34,956 bases of DNA from a virus: IMG/VR virus record IMGVR_UViG_3300021400_000047. One strand, given 5' to 3'. Both the position numbers and the translations under genes were made by a program. A model generated the notes under the pieces. That model saw only the letters and a program-made list of their open reading frames with translations, had not been told where the DNA came from and searched no databases. Shown piece by piece: positions 33,272 to 34,956 of the stretch. How positions within the stretch are numbered: position 1 is the first letter of the stretch; every line of letters starts with the position of its first letter.

Positions 33272-33724
33272 TTACTTTGCCAGCTTTAAGCTCTTAAGCA
33301 GTTCTGCGCGTTCCTCTGATACCTTAAGCTGGTCGCCTACGTGCACTACGCTGTTAAGCGCGTTGTCGTAATAATCCCAGCAGCAAGTTACCAGTACATT
33401 GCCGCCAGCCTCTAAAGCGGGCTTAGCTGTCTGCTTTGCCTCTACCTCTTCCGCTGCCTCTGCTGCCGCCTTGCTAAGTTCCTTGTGATCTGCTGCCGCC
33501 TCGTCCGCTGCTTTCGCTGCGTCCTCTGCCTCTGCCTCTGCAATAGCCGCCTTGTCCTCTTCCGTAAGCTCTGCCTCGTCCTGTACTTCTACCTCTGCGG
33601 CTGCAATACGCTTTACAAGGTCTGCCTTGCGCCCTTCGGTGCTTAGCTGCATTTCTGCTGCAAGCTCTACCAGCTGCTCTTTAGTCATGTTGTTAAGCTG
33701 CTCTTTGTCTAAGTGCCCTGTCAT
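33272..33724 (-). CDS. Hypothetical head-associated protein with an N-terminal SAP/Rho-N-like HeH motif
   Basis: LNNMTKEQLVELAAEMQLSTEGRKADLVKRI, followed by an Ala/Glu-rich linker. Confidence 0.5.
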   Translation of the reverse strand: MTGHLDKEQLNNMTKEQLVELAAEMQLSTEGRKADLVKRIAAAEVEVQDEAELTEEDKAAIAEAEAEDAAKAADEAAADHKELSKAAAEAAEEVEAKQTAKPALEAGGNVLVTCCWDYYDNALNSVVHVGDQLKVSEERAELLKSLKLAK

Positions 33725-33748
33725 ATCTTGCCCTCTCTTTCTGGTTAA

Positions 33749-33775
33749 GGCGGGTAGCTATTTAAGCTGCCCGCC
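33749..33775 (-). terminator. Hairpin after the capsid gene (weak or partial terminator)
   Basis: ggcgggtagc / gctgcccgcc, 9/10 bp, 7-nt loop. No clear U-tract. Confidence 0.3.
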
Positions 33776-33790
33776 GCTCCCGTCTCATGC

Positions 33791-34956
33791 TTACGCGCTT
33801 GCGATCTTCTTAAGCACTACAAGGCTGTTAATGTCTACCGCCTTGCCGTCAACAAGCATAACGCCCTTTGTGATCTGGTCGTCTGTGTCGTTGTCCTCGT
33901 ACTTCTTAACGCCCATAGTGTAGTTGGTGTTAAGTACGTAGTCCTTGAAGTTGAAGAGGAAAGCAAAGTAAGGGCTGTCTGTGCTGCCTGCTGCTGTAGA
34001 GATAGCCGCAAAGCTCGGCATATGCTCTGTACATACTACAGGTCTGCCCAAAAGCACGCGCTCTGGCTTTCCGTTAAGTCCGTAGTTGATACGTGCAATA
34101 GGCTGCTTGTTATCGTCTACCATACCGATATAGCCCATAAAGGTCTTTTTGCTCATGCACCATACAGCGCCGCCCTCGTATGCCTCTGGTAAAGCGCCCT
34201 CTGCTGCGCAAAGGTCTGCGTATTTCTGGTTTGTAGTTTCTACTACCTGCCCAGCTGTTGCGGCTGCTGTAATGTTTGCTGCTACAAGCACGCCAGTAGG
34301 CTGCCCGCTGCCAGTACCGTTAATAATTGCCGCGTCAAGTGCCTTAGTCATAGCCTCAACGATATTAGCAATAAGCAGGCTCTCAAAGGCTGCGATACTC
34401 ATAGTATCAACCTCTAAGGAAACTGCTACAGCGCAGCGCAGCTTATGGTAGGCAAAAGTAACGCTGCCTACAGTCTTTTTCTGCTTGTCGCTGCCTGCTC
34501 CCTCTGCTACCCATGTAGCTACAGGCTTAACACCGCTCTTAGGGATAGTTACGCCGCCCTTGTAAGCAGTTCTGGTAACAAGTGCAAGGATATTGCCCGC
34601 TGTTTCCAGTTTCTCAATGATCTGGTTAAGCACGGTAGTAGGGATAACTGCGCCCACGTCTGTAGTTTTTGTAAGTGCGTTACCGCGGTACTCTACGGGC
34701 ATTTCTACACCACGGGTTACGTAGTCCATAAATGCCTTACGGTACTGCATAGTGCCGTACTTATCCTCTGCTGCTGCTCTCTGCTCTGCGTTCTGGCTGC
34801 CGTCCATAGCTCCAAAGCTGCGCAGTACGGTAGGTGCGTTGCCGTTGTTGTCTGCCTTGCCCTCTGCAAGTCTTGTAAGCAGGTTGTTACGCTGCTCTGC
34901 TGCTGCGTCGATAGCTGCGCGCTCTTCCTGCAAAGCGGTTACCTCTTCCTCTAACG
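33791..34956 (-). CDS. Major capsid protein, HK97 family (body and 3' end; the 5' end wraps to 201..108)
   Basis: ...VIPTTVLNQIIEKLE...TFAYHKLRCAVAVSLE...AIINGTGSGQPTGVL... typical of HK97-type capsid proteins. The ORF is open to the window edge. Confidence 0.88.
   Translation of the reverse strand, partial: LEEEVTALQEERAAIDAAAEQRNNLLTRLAEGKADNNGNAPTVLRSFGAMDGSQNAEQRAAAEDKYGTMQYRKAFMDYVTRGVEMPVEYRGNALTKTTDVGAVIPTTVLNQIIEKLETAGNILALVTRTAYKGGVTIPKSGVKPVATWVAEGAGSDKQKKTVGSVTFAYHKLRCAVAVSLEVDTMSIAAFESLLIANIVEAMTKALDAAIINGTGSGQPTGVLVAANITAAATAGQVVETTNQKYADLCAAEGALPEAYEGGAVWCMSKKTFMGYIGMVDDNKQPIARINYGLNGKPERVLLGRPVVCTEHMPSFAAISTAAGSTDSPYFAFLFNFKDYVLNTNYTMGVKKYEDNDTDDQITKGVMLVDGKAVDINSLVVLKKIASA
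34850..34956. repeat. Terminal direct repeat copy 2 (identical to 1..107)
   Basis: See copy 1. Confidence 0.95.

Noticed and set aside
1-34956. tRNA, rRNA, tmRNA, integrase or att sites.
   Set aside because: None of the few non-coding gaps has a cloverleaf-like arrangement. No ORF shows tyrosine recombinase (R..HxxR..Y) or serine recombinase motifs. Absence by eye is weaker than a profile search.

Overview
The window is one complete, circularly closed tailed-phage genome of about 34.85 kb. Bases 1-107 are identical to 34850-34956, and the HK97-type major capsid gene reads across that junction. All credible genes (about 55) lie on the minus strand; the plus-strand ORFs in the track look like antisense shadows. 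Module order in the minus-strand reading direction (descending coordinates): capsid (wraps the junction), SAP-like protein, connector/adaptor/gp10-like/tail-completion proteins, major tail protein, G/GT tail chaperone with a lambda-like GGGAAAC -1 frameshift, tape measure, Dit, Tal-like protein and fibre proteins. Next comes a complete diversity-generating retroelement (Mtd-like target with C-terminal VR, Avd, TR, RT), then the lysis cassette (membrane proteins, LL-H holin, multidomain endolysin). This is followed by an XRE regulator with a membrane-anchored HIRAN protein, an IS30-family DDE transposase, and a run of about 12 ORFans. Then comes a plasmid-like block: tandem-OB protein, HUH Rep, SLT transglycosylase, VRR-NUC, ParA, and a ParB-DUF3850 fusion. 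The circuit ends with SSB, an ArpU/RinA-like late regulator, HNH, TerS, TerL, portal and prohead protease. I found no tyrosine or serine integrase, tRNA, rRNA or CRISPR array. The strongest sequence-level result is the DGR: TR and VR differ at 14 positions, all at TR adenines. The most speculative leads are plasmid-prophage maintenance (ParAB plus Rep, no integrase), the IS30-type transposase possibly being the phage's own recombinase, the XRE/HIRAN two-gene module, and a strict sequence context for every GATC. All family assignments come from motif recognition by eye, not database searches. A Gram-positive (Clostridia-like) host is inferred from the LL-H holin, the NlpC/P60-SH3b endolysin and the SD usage.
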